A stretch of DNA of 29,091 bases. Source: Oligoflexales bacterium (lineage in GTDB: Bacteria > Bdellovibrionota_B > Oligoflexia > Oligoflexales > CAIYRB01). Under the pieces are notes generated by a model. That model saw only the letters and a list, made by a program, of their open reading frames with translations. It did not search any database and was not told where the DNA came from. Numbering within the stretch: the stretch's first letter is position 1; every line of letters begins with the position of its first letter. Below are positions 26,608-29,091 of the stretch, piece by piece. The stretch spans positions 1-29,091 of the forward strand of contig JBGSUI010000051.1 in the NCBI GenBank assembly GCA_041736175.1. The letters are read 5' to 3'. The translations under genes were made by a program, and so were the position numbers.

Positions 26608-28650
26608 TTAGGGCATGACGACCATAGCGTTCCGGTGGGGCAGCGAGATGGTCATGCGAGACCCGACCCTTCGAGATTTAAACGGATTTAAGTCGCATTT
26701 GGGCGATTTGTTCACCTCTGTGGTTAAGATCACCCGGCATTCATGAGAGTCCTTTGCTGCGGCAAGGGAGGGGGTTTCAAAGCTAAAGTCGGTGCAATCG
26801 TGATGGACATGGAGATTGACGGCAAAGACCAGACCGCCCCTGTGGTAGACTAGGATTTTGAGATCTTCATGAATGGCCAAAATCTTAGGTCCATCTTCAA
26901 GCCTAAGGACTGGGTACTCTCCTAAAAGCATCATCAGGGACTGGTCGAATTCATAGATCTCCCGGTAACGGAGTTTGGGGTGATCTACGAGAGACCACTG
27001 CCTGCGGGCAAACTGGTAGCTCCACTGGTTCCCCTCTCGGGGAAAATCCACCCATTCCGGATGGCCAAACTCATGCCCCATAAAGTTAAGATAGCCTTCA
27101 CCTCCGCAGGTTGCGGTGATAAGACGGATCACTTTAGATAGGCTTATGGCCCGATCCATAAGGTCGTCACTTACATCCTGATGCATTTTTTCGTACATCA
27201 GGGCGTCGGCCATCCTAAAAATAAGGGTCTTGTCGCCTACCAGGCTTTGGTCGTGGGACTCCACGTAGGCGATGTGTTTTTCAGTTTTGCGGCGGTGGAC
27301 CATGGTGTTAAAGATTCCCTCTAGGGACCAGTCTTCGTCTCGGACCTTGGTGACCAGCTGCACCCAAAAATCCGGAAGCCCCATGGCCAGCCGGTAGTCA
27401 AACCCAAGGCCGCCATGGCCGAGAGGAGCCGCAAGACCCGGCATGCCGCTGACATCTTCGGCGATACTGATTCCCTGGGGGTTTAGTTCGTGTATGAGTG
27501 CGTTGGCGAGTTGCAGATACAAGATGGCATCAGAGTCGACTTCCTCTTCTCTAAAATACCGATCATAGTGGTCAAAGCTCACGCCATAACCATGGTGTTT
27601 GTAGAGCATGGAGGTGACCCCATCAAACCGAAACCCGTCAAAATGGTACTCCTCAAGCCAGTATTTGAGGTTGGAGAGGAGAAAATGCTGGACCTCCGGT
27701 TTGCCATAGTCAAAGAGTTTGGAGTCCCAGGCTTGGTGATAGCCTCGGGGGCCGTCGTGGAAAAACTGAAAGGGCGTGCCGTCGAAGCCCGCCAGACCTT
27801 CGCGGGTGTTGCTTGCAGCGTGGGAGTGGACGATATCCAGGAGGACCCGGATTCCCTGGCGGTGGGCTTCGTTGATCAGCTCTTTGAGGTCATCGGGGGT
27901 CCCAAACCTTGAGGACACGGCAAAAAAGTTAGACACGTGATAGCCAAAGGACCCGTAATAGGGGTGCTCCATAATGGCCATAAGCTGGATGGTGTTGTAG
28001 TTGAGGGATTTGATTCTTGGCAGTATCTGGGCCTGAAACTCAGCGTAGGTGCCTATTCCGGGCTTTTCTAGGGCCATTCCCACATGGGCTTCGTAGATCA
28101 GGGGCGGGCGGTCCTTAAGGGAGTGTCGAGCTTCCTGGGATTGGAAATCCCCGTCGCTCCAGACAAAGGGAGATGGGGGATCCCAGAGCACTCCCGCAAA
28201 GTCGAGGGTCGCGGGATCTTGAACGGCCCTCTTGATGTAGAGGGGGATACGGTCTTCGATCCCGCGGTTGGAGATGACTTGGACTTTGAGTTTTTGTCCA
28301 TGGCGTAGCCCTTGGCATCCATCAGCTCCATCGGCGATAAAGACTTCCCAGACTCCTGAGGCGTTCCGTTCAAGGGGATGGCGCCCAGCCTGCCAGTTGT
28401 TAAACTCGCCGATCAGGGAGAGTTGGGACGCACCAGGGGCCCATTCCCTGTACCAATATCCTGGTTGGGACCCTGGCTGGTGACCTTTGGTCCCCCGGTG
28501 AAAGCCGAAATAGAGGTGTGCGTTAGCCCAGTCTCGGAGTGATCCGTGCCTATGAATGATGGAGTGGATCGCGCCTAAAAACCGCCCGTGACGATCGCTT
28601 AGAGCTTGGTGATAGGGGGCGAGCCAGGGGTCGTCGTGAACCAGTTGCAT
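26608..28650 (-). CDS. glgB: 1,4-alpha-glucan branching enzyme (GH13_8, eukaryote/Bacteroidota-like type)
   Basis: YREWAPGA, IYEAHVGMA, MEHPYYGSFGYHV, LDIVHSH, FRFDGVTSM, IAEDVSG, YVESHDQ, GEGYLNFMGHEFGHPEWVDFPREGN. Start ATG 28650 after AGGAG. Confidence 0.95.
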   Translation of the reverse strand: MQLVHDDPWLAPYHQALSDRHGRFLGAIHSIIHRHGSLRDWANAHLYFGFHRGTKGHQPGSQPGYWYREWAPGASQLSLIGEFNNWQAGRHPLERNASGVWEVFIADGADGCQGLRHGQKLKVQVISNRGIEDRIPLYIKRAVQDPATLDFAGVLWDPPSPFVWSDGDFQSQEARHSLKDRPPLIYEAHVGMALEKPGIGTYAEFQAQILPRIKSLNYNTIQLMAIMEHPYYGSFGYHVSNFFAVSSRFGTPDDLKELINEAHRQGIRVLLDIVHSHAASNTREGLAGFDGTPFQFFHDGPRGYHQAWDSKLFDYGKPEVQHFLLSNLKYWLEEYHFDGFRFDGVTSMLYKHHGYGVSFDHYDRYFREEEVDSDAILYLQLANALIHELNPQGISIAEDVSGMPGLAAPLGHGGLGFDYRLAMGLPDFWVQLVTKVRDEDWSLEGIFNTMVHRRKTEKHIAYVESHDQSLVGDKTLIFRMADALMYEKMHQDVSDDLMDRAISLSKVIRLITATCGGEGYLNFMGHEFGHPEWVDFPREGNQWSYQFARRQWSLVDHPKLRYREIYEFDQSLMMLLGEYPVLRLEDGPKILAIHEDLKILVYHRGGLVFAVNLHVHHDCTDFSFETPSLAAAKDSHECRVILTTEVNKSPKCDLNPFKSRRVGSRMTISLPHRNAMVVMP

Positions 28651-28743
28651 AGGAGCTTCTCCTGAAGGGCCTTGGCATAACAAATAAGGGAGTCTTGGAA
28701 GCCTTACTCAAACATGGTGAGCTACCATAAACAACCTGTATTT

Positions 28744-28935
28744 TGAGTGTTCCCAACTCCCGGCTCACTGGGGTGCGGAATCCCGGAAAGGAGACTCTGC
28801 TGGATAGCCAGTCGGAGCGGCGTTAACGTCTCTTAACCTTTTGGCTTGTGACAGGAGGAGGTGGCTTTCTCGATGGCTTACCTCACATGACCTTGACCAT
28901 AGCCGACAAGGGCTACGCTTGGATAGGACAGTCAT
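28744..28935. ncRNA. Candidate structured RNA (6S-like on the + strand, or glgB leader on the - strand)
   Basis: GC-rich island with several stems inside an AT-rich intergenic region. The 3' part CACATGACCTTG...CAAGGGCTAC loosely resembles the 6S RNA 3' arm. Confidence 0.2.
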
Positions 28936-29091
28936 CACCTTTAGATGATACTATATAGCTGCGCATAATTAAAGTGACATCCAAAAAAATTTTAGGTATA
29001 CTTTCCGCTAAATTTGCGGGGAATAGCCTATGCGCGCAAGAATTCTGAATTTACATTGGAAAGTTTTGGAGCACTTAAGGCTGCAAATGGA

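Overview
Bacterial chromosomal window. The many uncharacterised lipoproteins and sigma-54-type promoters suggest Bdellovibrionota/Oligoflexia, but this is inference. The left end (1..~2671, minus strand) is an IS66-family element that runs off the window. It has the order tnpA-tnpB-[DUF4338/Mom-like GNAT passenger]-tnpC and appears inserted into the 3' end of an Rpn/PD-(D/E)XK nuclease gene. Next come an aldehyde dehydrogenase-SDR pair and an accessory block (about 6.6-14.8 kb). The block holds a large lipoprotein, a tandem pair of lipoprotein amidoligase-like paralogues (one lacking two catalytic Glu), a secreted protein, an AhpD/CMD protein, a lipoprotein with a protein-kinase fold, a short pentapeptide-repeat ORF, a PIN toxin with a small partner, and a 120-bp diverged copy of an internal part of the neighbouring lhr gene. 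The right half is mostly ordinary: Lhr helicase, pdxH, AAA_14/DUF4143 ATPase, lipoprotein, POT peptide transporter, M36/M4-like metallopeptidase, glgB, and a structured non-coding region. The best candidates for novelty are the IS66 carrying a translationally coupled Mom/DruA-like gene and the exported ATP-dependent enzymes (amidoligase pair, kinase) behind sigma-54-type promoters. All family calls come from motif recognition; no database searches were run.
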